The notes under the pieces were generated by a model. That model was not told the origin of the DNA. It saw only the letters and a list, made by a program, of their open reading frames with translations, and did no database searches. The position numbers were made by a program, and so were the translations under genes. From Chiloscyllium plagiosum (lineage: Eukaryota), in assembly GCF_004010195.1 (NCBI RefSeq), contig NC_057711.1:29732637-29796636 (forward strand): DNA of 64,000 nucleotides. Direction: 5' to 3'. This document shows, piece by piece, positions 25,283 through 38,370 of the stretch. Positions within the stretch are counted from its first letter, which is position 1, and the number at the start of each line of letters is the position of its first letter.

Positions 25283-25590
25283 GATTCCCTCTAGTGTGGA
25301 AACAGGCCCTTCGGCCCAACAAGTCCACACCGACTCTCTGGGGAGTAATGCACCCAGACCCATTTCCCCCTAACCGACACATCCCTGAACACTTTGGACA
25401 ATTTAGCATGGCCAATTCACCTGACCTACACATCTTTGGACTGTGGGAGGAAACTGGACACCCGGAGGAAACCCACACAGACACGGGGAGAATGTGCAAA
25501 CTTCACGCAGACAGTCGCCTGAGGCTGGAATTGAACCTGGGTCCCTGACTCTGTGAGGCAACAATGCTAACCACTGAACCACTCCGCACA
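25283..25590 (-). mobile_element. HE1-like V-SINE inserted into a Penelope tail (25245-25665)
   Basis: Near full-length reverse copy of the 3736 family, splitting atgaagggcttatgcccga...cctgctcctcagatgctgcctgacc. Confidence 0.85.
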
Positions 25591-25919
25591 ACACTCCCAC
25601 CTTCCCCTGCTCCTCAGATGCTGCCTGACCTCCTGTGCTTTTCCAGCACATCACTCTTAACTCTGTTCATATTGCCATTCATGATTTAGTAAATCCCTAG
25701 CAACGCTGCAATTACAATTGCTGCAGATGGCTTCCAGCTGAATAGTGGGACATGTTGTTACAGAATGGTCACCTCTCTGCAATCACTTCCAAATGGTCCC
25801 ACACAACCACCTAATGGACTATAACCTGGCTTTGTGTGATTTTTAACATGGTCCCACAGCGATGACTTAATGTACCAAGGCTGCACATCTTTTTCCCCTC
25901 AACCATCGAACCATTAACC

Positions 25920-26170
25920 AGCTGCCTCGCTCCTAAGACGACGTGATTAGGTCCATCATTGTGTATTGGGAGTGTCTAAACTCCAGCCGCTCCTTATTTA
26001 TTGTGAGATTTTCTCTCTATAGGTGCGCTAAGCAACTCTTACTTAAATCCTATTGCTACCTAGCAACTTCATACAACAAACTCAGAAGGCAGGCTCCACA
26101 CTTTACCTTATTTCTGTGGGTTCTGTGTCAATGATAAATAGCGGCATTCGTTTGAGTGAGGGGCTGGTGA
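25920..26170 (+). promoter_or_regulatory. Putative CpG-enriched promoter/5' region of the CARD-coiled-coil gene
   Basis: Local CpG excess (25920-26400) in a CpG-depleted window, unique sequence, directly before the first coding exon. Confidence 0.4.
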
Positions 26171-26360
26171 ATGAAGGGTTCACGGGCTGAGCTTTCTAAG
26201 AGTTGGAAACAACCCTCCCGAGGACCGAGCTGGAGGGACAATACGCTGCGAGATGACGAAGGTTTTATAAATTCACAAATCGAAGCACCTCTTCGAGCAA
26301 TGTCCAGATCGGTCAGCAACCGGAAAAAGAAAGTCACTTTTCGAGAACAGCCAACTTATT
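26171..26360 (+). CDS. Uncharacterised CARD-coiled-coil gene, exon 1 (RVxF motif)
   Basis: ATG 26171 follows an in-frame TGA (alternative ATG 26300). Ends ...SNRKKKVTFREQPTY t|gtgagt, a phase-1 donor compatible with the next exon. Confidence 0.72.
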
Positions 26361-26508
26361 GTGAGTTACTGCACCGATAAAAACGCTGTGCTTTTATAAT
26401 AACCTCACTTCACTGTTCTGGGAATTGTGTAATTTGATGGTAATAAGGTGAAATCTCCGTCTTTATGGGAGGGCTTTTTATAATCAATTTTGTATCTCTT
26501 CAAATCAG

Positions 26509-26663
26509 GTGAAAAGAGTTGCAGAAGAGGCAATAATCGCCATTCCAATGCAATTGGATCATACTTCCCTTTTCTGGTGAAACATCTCAAGTTGTCTCCT
26601 TCTTTATACCGGAGTTTGAACGAGAAGGGAATCTTAACCACTGATCAAATAGGACTGATTGAG
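26509..26663 (+). CDS. CARD-coiled-coil gene, exon 2 (CARD helices 1-3)
   Basis: tctcttcaaatcag|gt...gag|gtaagg. Encodes (C)EKSCRRGNNRHSNAIGSYFPFLVKHLKLSPSLYRSLNEKGILTTDQIGLIE, which aligns with the caspase-2 CARD [40 protein letters not shown]. Confidence 0.82.
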
Positions 26664-29600
26664 GTAAGGCTGTCTTTGATTTTCCTCTTGCCACTGGAAG
26701 TTTCATTAACCTCACACCCCTGTGGGTGTGTGGAATAGGAATGAGTGAATGAATGAATGAATGATTTATTGTCAGGTATGTAAGAACATAACAAATAGGA
26801 GCAGTAGGCTGCCTGGCCCCTCGAGCCCGCTCAGCCATTCAATAAGATCATGGCTGATCTTTTCAAAGACTCAGCTCCACTTACCTGCCTGCTCACAATA
26901 ACCCTCAGTTCCTTTACTGTTCAAAAATCTATCTTCGCCTTAGAAAGGTTCAACAAGGAAGCCTCAAGTAATTCACTGAGCAGGGAATTCCACAAATTCA
27001 CAACTTTGGGTGAAGAAGGTCCTCCTCAACTGAGTCCTAAATCTGCCTCCCCCTTATTTTGAGGCTATGTCTCCTAGTTCTTGTGGGAGATACAGTGAAT
27101 AGTGTTCTGTCATCACAATCCGGCGCCATTTTGAGGTGCAAAAGAATAAAAAGGAAGTATGTAAATAGAGTTCATCTTCATTGGCTGGGGTCCCAAACAT
27201 GGATCCAGGACTGAATCTAGGTCCCTGCTCCAGGCCTACCACAGGCAGGATCTCTCACTTCAGGCATTGACACTGTCCCATTCAACGACTTGCTGCTGCC
27301 AAAACAGTCCCCGCTCCACCATTGCTGCAGCTAATACCCCACAGCTATTCCAGGAGTCCATGCGTTGGGTCCTCGAACCACAAGTCACTGCTGATATCAC
27401 TCTGGCCTCCCTGCGACCTCAGATGAGAAAAAAGGAGAGAGAGAGAAGGAATGCGGCTAACCTGGAGTGGATGGGCTCAGCCCCAACACTACCAACCTAC
27501 TGTGCCACAATCTTGATTCAACTCCATTCAGTCTGCTCTGCCCTTCAATAAGATCATCGCTAATCTGTTCAGATACCCATTTATCCTGAAAATCCTTGAT
27601 CCCCTGCCATAGAGTATTGCCTCAGCTATATACAATGTCGGTCTGACACACATCTGGAGTCCTCAGCTCAGCTTTGGGCAACTTGAAAGCTGTACAGCAC
27701 AGAGAGATACCAAATTTAAAAGTTCAAATATGGGGGTAGGCTTCATAATACTATTTGTAACTCTTTGAGTTTCACAGATTGGGATGTGGGATTAAATCAA
27801 GGCATTTAAAACTTTGAAAGGATTTGATAGGGAAGCCACTTGCTCTGATGAGGGAATAAAGAACATCTTAAAATTTAGAGCTAGACCATTCAGGTGAAAA
27901 ATAAACGCATACAAAGTATGAGCAGAAGCAGACAATTCGGTCTCTTCAGCCATCTGCCACCAATCGATAGGATCATGGCTGAATTGTTTGCACATTGAAT
28001 TCCACATTCTATCCTTGGTCACTCTTGATTCCCAGGCCCAATAAGAATCTATCTGCTTCTGCCTTAAAAATATTCAATGACTCCACCTCCCCCACTTTCT
28101 GAGGCAGAGTTCCAAAGTTGCACAATCCTCTGAGAGAAAAGAATTCTCTCCTTCCTAAAAGGGTGATCACTAATTTTAAAATCTCACTCCCTAATTCTGG
28201 AGCTCACCCACCAGAGGAAACATTTCATATCCATCTTTCATTATCTAATACATTACAATCAAGTCACCCATCAGTCTTCTAATCTCCAGTGGAAACAAGC
28301 TCAGCCTGTCTAATTTATCATCCTAAGAAAACAAGAACAGCAGAGAATGACAAAAAAAGTAATTAGAAGGAAATTTAAAGTATGAAAGGAAGCTAGCTGG
28401 AAATGTAAAAGTTCTATCAGTATTTAAAAGCAAACAGTAAGTAAAGCGTGTTGTTCCTCTAGAATGGAGAATTAAATAGAATCTAATAAGGAAATGGTGA
28501 ATTAAATGAATAAATGTTTAGCTTCCAGTTTCATTCTGTGGAAGACAAACATATTCTTTTAATAGCTGTATATCAGGGAGAAAGAAAATCAATGAAGTTA
28601 CAATCACAAGGAAATTAGTACAGTACTCAGAAATACAGTACAGAAATTAGTACAGTACTGTTGGAGCTGTGGCTTACAGGTCAACCCTTACAGGGTTGGA
28701 ACTTCTGATTTGGTCAGTGGTCAGGTTCAGGAGGTTTTGACTGCAAATAAATCAGTCATGATCCTATCGATTGGTGGCAGATGGCTGAAGAGACTGAATT
28801 GTCTGCTTCTGCTCATAGTCTTTATGGGTTTATTTTGCGTCTGAATGGCCTAACTCTAATTCAGTCACCCTGAAATTATGGCAGAAATTTAATTCCTCAG
28901 ACTTTTTGGTTATTCCTTTTAATGTTTCAATTAAATACAACTGGCTACAGTCACATCATTCAAGTAAGTTAGAGTTTTTAAGTAGACATTGATATTATTG
29001 TGAATATAATATTTTAGCCATTTTAAATTGTTTCTATATTATTTAATGCTAATTTGGAGGGATAATGTAATATAAGAATGCCGTTTTCATCAGCAAGTAT
29101 TAAACAGGCATTTGGATGTGACTCCTGAGAGTTTAAGTGAAGTAAAGTGCTGGAAACAATGATGGGAAAACTACAGAAGGGCATTATCAAAATCTCAAGC
29201 AAAATTAAAAATGAGAATTCCTCTTTTATTGGAATAAAACTTATGAAACAGGTTCCAAGGGAAAATATTTAATGGCATATCAAATATCTCTTTCAGAAAG
29301 TCTGATTAAGCAGCCAGATTACATGTTAGGAAGACAGGCAGAGATATTAAATTTCTCTATTGAATATCAACAATAGAAGAAAAGTTTAATGGTGGGGATT
29401 TAAATTCATATCCTGATGCTTAATTTAATCGGAAATGTGTTCATTCAAGAAATGTACAAGTCTTCCCAATTTTGTAACTTTTACCTCCTTGTTGCATCCA
29501 GGAGTTTGATTCAAATCAATGAAAGAGCTAATTATTATTGGTCTGTTACGCAAAATGGCTTGATAAGCCAAGCAATCTTTCTATTCATTCCATATTTGCT

Positions 29601-30031
29601 TGTGTTTCAATAATAACCTTAAAAGTTAGTATATGGATTTTTGTAGCATTACAGTTGTTTTGAATAAGTCGGGATATGATCATCATTGGTTGACCAACAT
29701 TTATTGCCCATCGTTATTTGCCTTCAAGAAGATGCAGGTGAGCTTCCTTCTTGAACTGCTGCAGTCCATTTGGTGTAGGTACATCCACAGTGCTGTTAGG
29801 AAGAGAGCTCCCGCACTTTGACACAGTGACACTGAAAAAAATGGCAATTTATTTACAAGTCATGGTGGATGTGGCTTGGGAGGTGAACTTGGAAATATAA
29901 CTCCCTTTTATTTGCTCACCTTGTCCATTTATATCTAAAATGAAGTAGATTATAATAAACATAATGTTAAAAATTACAATTTTTTTAATGAGACCAAACA
30001 AACTAACATGGGTAATTGGTAATCCACACAG

Positions 30032-30200
30032 CTAGAGGATTTGGCAGAGCTTAAAATGGCCAAACTTCTCGAGATTGTTAGAAATGCTGACGGCCACATG
30101 TTCAAGTCATTTTGCAGTGTTCTGGGTGAGATGGGATATTGGTACCTTGCTCAGATTCTTCAAACAGCCTCTGAAGAAAAGGATTGCACTACTTCTACAG
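30032..30200 (+). CDS. CARD-coiled-coil gene, exon 3 (CARD helices 4-6)
   Basis: Branch point aactaac 30001-30007, cacacag|cta...acag|gtaaag. Encodes LEDLAELKMAKLLEIVRNADGHMFKSFCSVLGEMGYWYLAQILQTASEEKDCTTST, resembling CARD LL..L..rG..aF..Fc.aL.e.g..hLa..L. Missed by the ORF track. Confidence 0.82.
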
Positions 30201-30306
30201 GTAAAGAGTGAATTGAATGCAACTAGATTCGTCTATCGTGGGTATAACTATTTTGTCCATTTTTAAATAATTAGGTTTGAGCACAACCCTTTGTAGTTTT
30301 CAACTA

Positions 30307-30745
30307 TAAGGTCACACCCTCAGTCTCCGACGCTCCAGGGAAAACAGCCCTAGCCTATTCAACCTCTCCCTATAGCTCAAATCCTCCAACCTTGGCAACA
30401 TCCTTGTAAATCTTTACTGAACCCTTTCAAGTTTTATAACATCCTTCCGATAGGAAGATCAGAATTGCACGCAATATTCCAAACAGTGGCCTAACCAAAG
30501 TCCTGTACAGCTGCAACATGACCTTCCAACTCCTGTACTCAATAATCTGACCAATAAAGGAAAGCATACCAAACACCTTCTTCACTATCCTATCTACCTG
30601 CAACTCCACTTTCAAGGAGCTATGAATCTGCACTCCAAGGTCTCTTTGTTCAGCAACACTCCCTAGGACCTTACCATTAAGTGTATATGTCCTGCAGCAC
30701 CTCACATTTATCTAAATTAAACTCCATTTGCCACTTCTCAGCCCT
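30307..30745 (-). mobile_element. CR1 RT 3' fragment
   Basis: RDLGVQIHSSLKV...LYRTLVRP (ORF 30427..30705). Confidence 0.85.
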
Positions 30746-31513
30746 GTATTTCATTTAGCTGTCCATATAATCACAGTTTAATAAAACAGTTTCTCTGCCT
30801 CTGCAATTTAAAAAAAAAAGCCCTTTATGTATTTATCAACAAAATTCAATGTTATGATCTCCACTGTGAATGTTAAGATTAAAAGGAAAATTCAAAAACC
30901 TAGTTACAAGAAAATGAAGCTGTGAAATTCCTTGGTTTAAAACAAATTAATTTTACAATATAACAACAAGTAAATCAACATATTACTAAATAAACACAAA
31001 CTTTGTTCTTTATATTGCAAAGTACAATAAAAACACAATCACAGATACTTCAGACTAAAACTCACGACCTAACCCTAAGTTTTCCACAATGCCTCACCTG
31101 TCCATAAAGGCTTCCGAAGCTGATCCACTTTCTTGGCACTAACTCCAAACTTTTGCCATGGCTGCTTTGTTAGCTGAAGAACTTTGCAGTTCAAGCCTGA
31201 GCTCTCAATACTTGGGCAGCGATTCAATAGAAAATTAACACTCCTAGCTTCTAATTTGTCTATTCTCCTGGCCCACAGCTATTCTAAAGGTTTTGGCAAT
31301 TTCTTCCTGTGGCTGATTCTAATCTGAAGTACTTGTTTTCAATTTGACAATGACTAAACATTTCTTCTTCTAGTTCCAAACCATGCATCTTCCAACTTCT
31401 CTTATTCTCATAAGCGCTGTCTCCAAGTTGATTGTAAGTCCCGTCAGTGAATTATTACACAGCGAGTGATATTAGTATGGTATATTCTCACTTTAAGGTG
31501 CAGAGCCTGCTAA

Positions 31514-31860
31514 CATAGAACATAGGACGTTACAGCACAGTACAGGCCCTTCGGCCCTCAATGTTGTGCTATCTATGAAATTAATCTGATGCCCTACATG
31601 TAACCTACATGTTCCATTATTATCCATATGTGTGTTCAAAACCAATTTAAATGCCCTTAACATTGGCAAGTCTACTACTGTTGCAGGCAGGCCGATCCAC
31701 ACCACTACTACTCTCTGAGTAAAGAAACTACCTCTGATATCTGTCCTGAATCTATCATCCCTCAATTTAAAGCTATGTCTCCTCATGTTAGCCTTCGCTA
31801 TCCAAAAAAAAAGGCTCTGACTGTCCACCCTATCTAACTCTCTGATTATCTTATGCATCC
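31514..31860 (-). mobile_element. CR1 3' tail
   Basis: FRTDIRGSFFTQRVV.VW..LP; tail gggcctgtactgtgctgtaa...tatgttctatg. Confidence 0.75.
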
Positions 31861-31864
31861 AAGT

Positions 31865-32725
31865 AAAGGTAGGTTCCCGATACTGGCTAATCTCTTCCAG
31901 GGTCATCCAGGGGTTTCCAAAATGAAGATGCAAGTGAGACGTTATGTCTAGTGGCCAGGGTTGGATTCTGACATAGCTGCATTGGTGGGGCAATGCCCAG
32001 AGTGACCACAAAGTCAAAAATTGTAACTGCTGGTGCCCCCACATTCATGGAATTGGCTGGGTAAACTGTGGTCTTGGTTACATATTGACTATTCTGGTCC
32101 TCTCATGGGCTCAATGTTCCTGCTCATTGTGGATGCTCATTCAAAGTGGTTGGACATGCATAGAATTTGTTCAGGGATGATGATTGGAAAAACTGCAAAT
32201 ATCGTTCGCAATACATGGACTCCTGGAAATATTGGTCACAGACAATGGGATGTCATTTACCAGCAAGGAATTTGATTATTTCCGAAAGTCAAAAGGCATT
32301 TGGCACAAAAGGACAGCTCCGTACCATCCATCGTCCAATGGTCTGCTGAAAAGAGTGGTCCAAATGTTGAAGGCAGGCTTGAAGAAACAGCCTACAGTGT
32401 CACTCGATACCAAACTGTTCCAGTTTGGTTATAGGGCCACCCCTCGCGCAACAATAGGGATACCTCCAGCAGAGTTTCTGATGGGGAAAAGACTATGCAT
32501 CAGGTTAAATCTAATATTTCCAGACCTGGGAGGATGAAATGGCATCAGCACTGTCAGTGCCGGCCACATGCTTCCTCTAAGTGAGAAAGACAATTTACTT
32601 TGGGGAATGAAGTTCGGTGCCGGAACCACAGAAATGGTCCAGTATGGGTACGAGATGAGGGAGCCATACAGTCAGGTCCCATGACTTAGAGTTCGGGTAG
32701 ATGAGGCAGTCCTGAACAAATGTGT
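31865..32725 (+). mobile_element. Gypsy/Ty3 LTR-retrotransposon integrase fragment (frameshifted)
   Basis: W..LHIDYSGP..G.MFLLIVDAHSKW (32033..) and HGLLEILVTDNGMSFTSKEF..TAPYHPSSNGL..R.VQ (32184..) are rve DDE motifs; the catalytic E is lost. Confidence 0.9.
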
Positions 32726-32744
32726 GGATCACAAGGATTCTAGG

Positions 32745-34578
32745 TAATCCAAGATGGAGGACAGGAAGAATTTGTGACTGTAAGAGCTGCTCCTTTTTTT
32801 GAGGTATTTTAGGTGTTGGAGGTGAGTTCCTCAAATTCCAGGAGCAGCAATGACTGTTTATATGCTGTTGCATTGTTTTGAAACTTCGAAGGAAAAAGTC
32901 AAAATAACGGCCCTACTAAAAGGGAGAAGGACAGACAAAAGGCAGCACATGGTCAGTGAAGGAAAGAGAGAAAGAAACTTGTAACTGACACAGTAGTGAA
33001 TCTGCACAGTTGCTGTTTGAATTCATGTATCTCTGGACATCAGAGTACGTCGAGGAAAAATGAACAAACGGCGAAATTCACAACTGATCTTGGAGGAACC
33101 TGTTTGGGAGATCTCACAGCAGCACAGGAACTGATAAGTACATAGTTTTTAACATATAACCTTGCTGTAAGTCTACAGTAGTGAGTAGAGTGGGTTCTTT
33201 TTTGATTATATGTTTTATTGAAATCTGTCTCTTGATTAAATTTTAAAAATATAAACCATAAGTACTAAGTTAGCCTGGAGCACTGTTTTTTAGAGCAAAA
33301 AGACGGTGCTATTTGCTGGGTCTTTTGATTGTGAAGGAGCAAAGATGGTCTTTAGTAGGGTGATATGCTCTTGTTGGATGTGAGAGGTTAGGGAGAGTTT
33401 CCATGTTACTGAGAATTATGTCAGCAGGAAGTGTCTTTGGTTGTGAAACCCATCAGATCAAATGGATCGGCTGGAGCAACAGGTAGAGGCAATGAGGAAT
33501 TCATAAGAGCTGGGGGTGTGATGGATGGTAGTTATAGGAAGGGAGAAAAGATACAGATACAGTTAAATAGATGGGTTAACTCCAGGAAAGGTAGGAGGGA
33601 TAGGCAGGTAGTGCAGGAATCCTCTGTGGCTATCCCCATTTCAAACAACTATGAAGGGGTGGAAATGGAAAATGTAGGGGGGGGCGATGGTGATGGTGGT
33701 GGTGGGACAGAGGAAGATATTGAGGAAAGCTGAGACCGGTACATTTGGGGAAAAAGAGCGAGTCAAACAGTCAGTTGAGGTAGGAACAAAGCAGAAAACA
33801 AGGTAGGACTGATAAATTAAACTGCATTTATTTCAATGCAAGAGACCTAACAGAGAAGGCATGATTAGGAACATGAGATTGGGGTATCATAGTAATTACA
33901 GAATGGGGGCTCAGGGGTGGACAGGACTGGCAGCTTAATGTTCCAGGATACAAATGCTATCAGAAGAGTAGAAGTGGGGGGGGGCAAGAGAGGAGGGAAA
34001 GTGGTGTTTTTGATAAGGGATAGCATTACAGCTGTACTTAGGGAGGATATTCCAGGGAAATTATTTGGGTGGAACTGAGAAATAAGAAAGGGATGATCAT
34101 CTTATTGGGATTGTATTACAGACCCCCTAATAGTCAGTGAGAAACTGAGAACCAAATTTGGAAGGAGATTTCAGTTATCTGTAACAATAATAGGGTGGTT
34201 ATGGTAGGGGATTTTAACCTTCCAAACATTGACTGGCACTGCCATAGTGTTAGGGGTTTAGATGGAGTGGAATTTGTTAAGTGTGTACAAGAAAACTTTC
34301 TGATTCAGAATGTGGCTGTACTGACTAAAGAAGATGCAAACATTGACCTACTCTTGGGAATAAGGCAGGGCAAGTGACTGAGGTGTCAGTGGGACCAGCA
34401 ACCATAATTCTATTAGTTTTAAAATAGTGATGGAAAAGGATAGACCAGAACTAAAAGTTGAAGTTCTAAATTGGAGAAAGGCTAATTTTGATGGTATGAG
34501 GCAAGAATTTTCAAAAGCTAATTGGGGGCAGATGTTTGCAGGCAAAAGGACGGCTGGAAAATGAGAAGCCTTCAGAAC
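32745..34578 (+). mobile_element. CR1 LINE 5' part (5'UTR, ORF1 remnant, APE endonuclease)
   Basis: Starts caagatggagg; ORF1-like remnant at about 33344; endonuclease motifs YFNAR.L, YRPP, GDFNLPNIDW, IDLLLG. Confidence 0.75.
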
Positions 34579-34875
34579 GGGCAGCCCGGTGACTCAGTGG
34601 TTAGCACTGCTGCCTGACAGCACCAAGTATCCACGTTCGATTCCAGTCTTGGGCTACTGTCTGTGAGCTTGCACGTTCTCTCCATGTCTGCGTGGGTTTC
34701 CTCCCACAGTCCAAAGATGTGCAGGTCAGGTAAATTGGCCATTCTAAATTGCCCAGAGTGTTAGGTGCATTTGTCAGAGGGAAATGGGTCTGGGTGGATT
34801 ATTCTTTGGAGGGTCGGTGTGGACTTGTTGGGCCGAAGGGCCTGTTTCCACACTGTAAGGAATCTAACCTAATCT
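34579..34875 (+). mobile_element. HE1-like V-SINE
   Basis: gggcagcccggtgactcagtggttagcactgc...gttcgattcc...gggcctgtttccacactgta. Confidence 0.85.
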
Positions 34876-34876
34876 C

Positions 34877-35152
34877 GATTAAGTCACCTCTCAACCTTCT
34901 TCTAACGAAAACAGCTTCTGTTCCCTCAGCCTTTCCTCATAAGACCTTCCTTCCATACCAGGCAACATCCTAGTAAATCTCCTCCAAACCTTTTCCAAAG
35001 CGTACACATCCTTCCTATAATGCAGTGACCAGAACTGTACGCAATACTCCAGGTGCGGCCTTACCAGTGTCTTGTACAGCTGAAGCATGACCTTGTGGCT
35101 CCAAAACTCAATCCCCCTCCCAATAAACGCCAATACACCATATGCTTTCTTA
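34877..35152 (-). mobile_element. CR1 RT 3' fragment
   Basis: LYKTLVRPHLEYCVQFWS..RRFTRMLPG. Confidence 0.85.
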
Positions 35153-35736
35153 CAAGATTAACAGTTAGGTTTTTTTTGTCTTTTATATCCCTTTTATTTT
35201 AGCATTTTCAAAAACTCTCTCTCTCCTTCACCCTCACTCTAAGCTCAATCTCTGACAAATATTTCTGACACATTGAGTTTTGACTGATCTTCTGGCTGCA
35301 ATGCAACTGAGAAGATATTTGAAATTAGGTAAAGGGGTTTGCTTCACGTAATTGTAAATCTGAGACAAAGCTAAACATCTAGCAAATCGATGTATGCAAG
35401 AATGTATAAAATGAAAACAACTGATTCTGATGTTTCAGCTATGTACCTTCATCAGGCTGACGGCTAAGAGATAAAAAATTTACACATCCAAAATGCCATA
35501 ATTCCATCTTTCCTTTAATATGCTGACTGAATTTCCAACACTTTCAGACTTTATCTTTGAAAATGGATTTGGCTTAAATGTGAAGAACCACTAGTAACTC
35601 ATCTGATGTTTCCAAGAATAAAATGGAATACAGTACAAGACAATTACAGTGAGTTCATACAGGGACAGTCAAACCCCCACAGTCTGAGGTTTATTTTAAG
35701 CAGGTTCATTCTGCATTAGTCAGAGCTTCATTCTGT

Positions 35737-36706
35737 CATAGAGTCATAGAGATATACAGCATGGAAACAGACCCTTCGGTCCAACCCGTCCATGCCGACC
35801 AAACGTCCCAACCCAATCCAGTCCTACCTGCCAGTACCCGGCCCATATCCCTCCAAACTCTTCCTATTCATATACCCATCCAAATGCCTCTTAAAATGTT
35901 GCAATTGTACCAGCCTCCACCACATCCTCTGGCAGCTCATTCCATACACGTACTACCCTCTGCGTGAAAAAGTTGCCCCTTAGGTCTCTTTTATATCTTT
36001 CCCATCTCACCCTAAACCTATGCCCTCTAGTTCTGGATTCCCTGGCCCCAGGGAAAAGACTTTGTCTATTTATCCTATCCATGCCCCTCATAATTTTGTA
36101 AACCTCTATAAGGTCACTCCTCAGCCTCCGACACTCCAGGGAAAACAGCCCCAGCCTGTTCAGTCCCTCCCTGTAGCTCAGATCCTCCGACCCTGGCAAA
36201 ATCCTGGTAAATCTTTTCTGAACCCTTTCAAGTTTCACAACATCTTTCCGATAGGAAGGAGACCAGAATTGCATGCAATATTCCAACAGAGGCCTAACCA
36301 ATGTCCTGTACAGCCGCAACATGACCCCCCAACTCCTGTACTCAATACTCTGACCAATAAAGGAAAGCATACCAAATGCCCTCTTCACTATCCTATCTAC
36401 CTGCGATTCCACTTTCAAGGAGCTATGAACCTGCACTCCACGGTCTCTTTGTTCAGCAACACTTCCTAGGACCTTACCATTAAGTGTATATGTCCTGCTA
36501 AGAATTGCTTTCCCAAAATGCAGCACCTTGCAATTATCTGAATTAATAATAATTGCACTTATTAGCCCATTGGCCCATCTTGTCCAGATCCTGTTGTAAT
36601 CAGAAGTAACCCTCTTCGCTGTCCACTACACCTCCAATTTTGGTGTCATCTGCAAACTTACTAACTGTACCTCTTATGCTCACATCTGAATCATTTATGT
36701 AAATGA
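35737..36706 (-). mobile_element. Relatively young 5'-truncated CR1 (HER1-like) with long open C-terminus
   Basis: ORF 35891..36526 (211 aa) plus SKFADDTKIGG upstream; ends in the ctatgactctatgac tail. Confidence 0.9.
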
Positions 36707-37329
36707 CTGTGCTGCTTTGTAAGTTGTGCCATCTGACTGATATGTTTGTTTTTTTTGGGGGGGATGCTGGGGAGTCAAGGTAGCTCCAAGAAGACACACA
36801 TGGAGATGGAAAATTGGAACTCCGTGAAACTCAGTAATTCAATGCGAGAGCCAGGTAGGTTATCCAGTACTTCAGGCCACTGATGACACTTGGCTAGCTA
36901 TCTGATTTAATCATGGAAACTAGATGAGTAGTTCCAGTCAGTCTGATCTGCCTCAAGGTAGGCTTAGTTCAGATGTTTCCAAATGCAGGGTTAGAGTAGA
37001 TTAGTTGAAGTTAAATGAAATTATTTTCTGCCTAACAACAGGGTCAGGTCATGTCTGACTGAGAGGTCAGGTTAGATCTGCTTAAGGATGGATATTGGGT
37101 TGAATTGCCTCCAGCTGAGAAGTGCCTCATCATTTGAAAGTGAAGTAAGTGCTTAGTGAAGTAAGTGAAAGTGTTAGTGCTTATTGAAATGCTATAAAAG
37201 GAAATTATCAACTATCTGTAAAAAAAAATTTCAGAATAAGGAGGGAATTCTTTGTAAACTTGGAAAGACTGATATCTAGAATGTTGTGCCTCATCTTTTT
37301 TTAGAGCAGCATATTGGTAAACAACACTG

Positions 37330-37985
37330 AAGTGAAAGATAAAATAGATGGAGAGATTAAGAAAGCAAATGGGATACTTACCTTTATTAGACAAGGCTGA
37401 AAGTTTGAGAAGGGAGTTTATGCTGGAACCATATAAACATTGGGTGGGCTACTGCAAGAGATTATATGCAGTTCTGGAATCCAGAGGGTGTGATCATACT
37501 GGAGAGGACACAGAAGAGATTTACCAACACGTTGACTTGTTTGGGGTGTTTTAGTTATCAAAAAAGAATAGATAGATAGACTGTAGTTGTTCCTTGGAGC
37601 AGATGAGATTGAGGGGGGGACATGATTGAAATGTATGAAATTATAAGGGCATAGACATGGTAGGCAGGAAGAGACTTTCTCCTCAGACAAGTGATCAATG
37701 ACCAGAGGGAATAGGTTTAAGGTAATGGGCAGGAGATTGAAGCAGATGCAAGGAGAAACATTTTCACCCAGAGCATGGTGGTAATCTGGAACACACTGTC
37801 TGAAATTGTGGTAGAGGCAGAAACCCTCATTACATTCAAGGAGTACAATTGCAATGCCAAGCCAAACAAGGCTATGGGTCGAGTGCTGTAAAACTGGATT
37901 GGACCAGTTAGGAGCTTGTTTTGATTGGTGTAGACTTAATGGGCTGAAGGACCTTTTTCTGTGCAGTAGACCACTGTGGTTCTAA
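37330..37985 (+). mobile_element. Old CR1 3' fragment
   Basis: Degenerate ..RFT.., FTQ.MV..WN.L and tail gggctgaaggacc...ctgtgc. Confidence 0.65.
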
Positions 37986-38370
37986 ACAGTACAGGTAGTT
38001 TTATTAAAGTAGTCATACAATATTGAAATTATAGAATGTACTATGTACATTACATCTAATATATTTATATAATTCTATAGGTTTATATTAGTTGAATACA
38101 TTTGTGCAACTTCTTGCAATATATGTATATATTCTTTATATTGTTTTCTCATGGTCATTATTTCTAATTCTATGATGTGGGGCAAGTGTACAGATTTATT
38201 AATGTATATAATTTTATTATTAAAGCTTTGATTTTTTTATTCGTGTGGATAAAGGTTTGAAAAGGGTTTTAAAAAAATTTATTACATATAGAATTTTCCA
38301 GTTTATTTTTTTAAAATCTATGTATAATGCCACAATACTTGTATATTATTGTCACTTTGACTTTTTGTAG

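Noticed and set aside
29110-29270. Coding-looking stretch (WENYRRALSKSQAKLKMRIPLLLE) in intron 2 of the CARD gene
   Set aside because: Bounded by in-frame stops, no convincing splice pair, and exons 2 and 3 already join in phase to complete the CARD.
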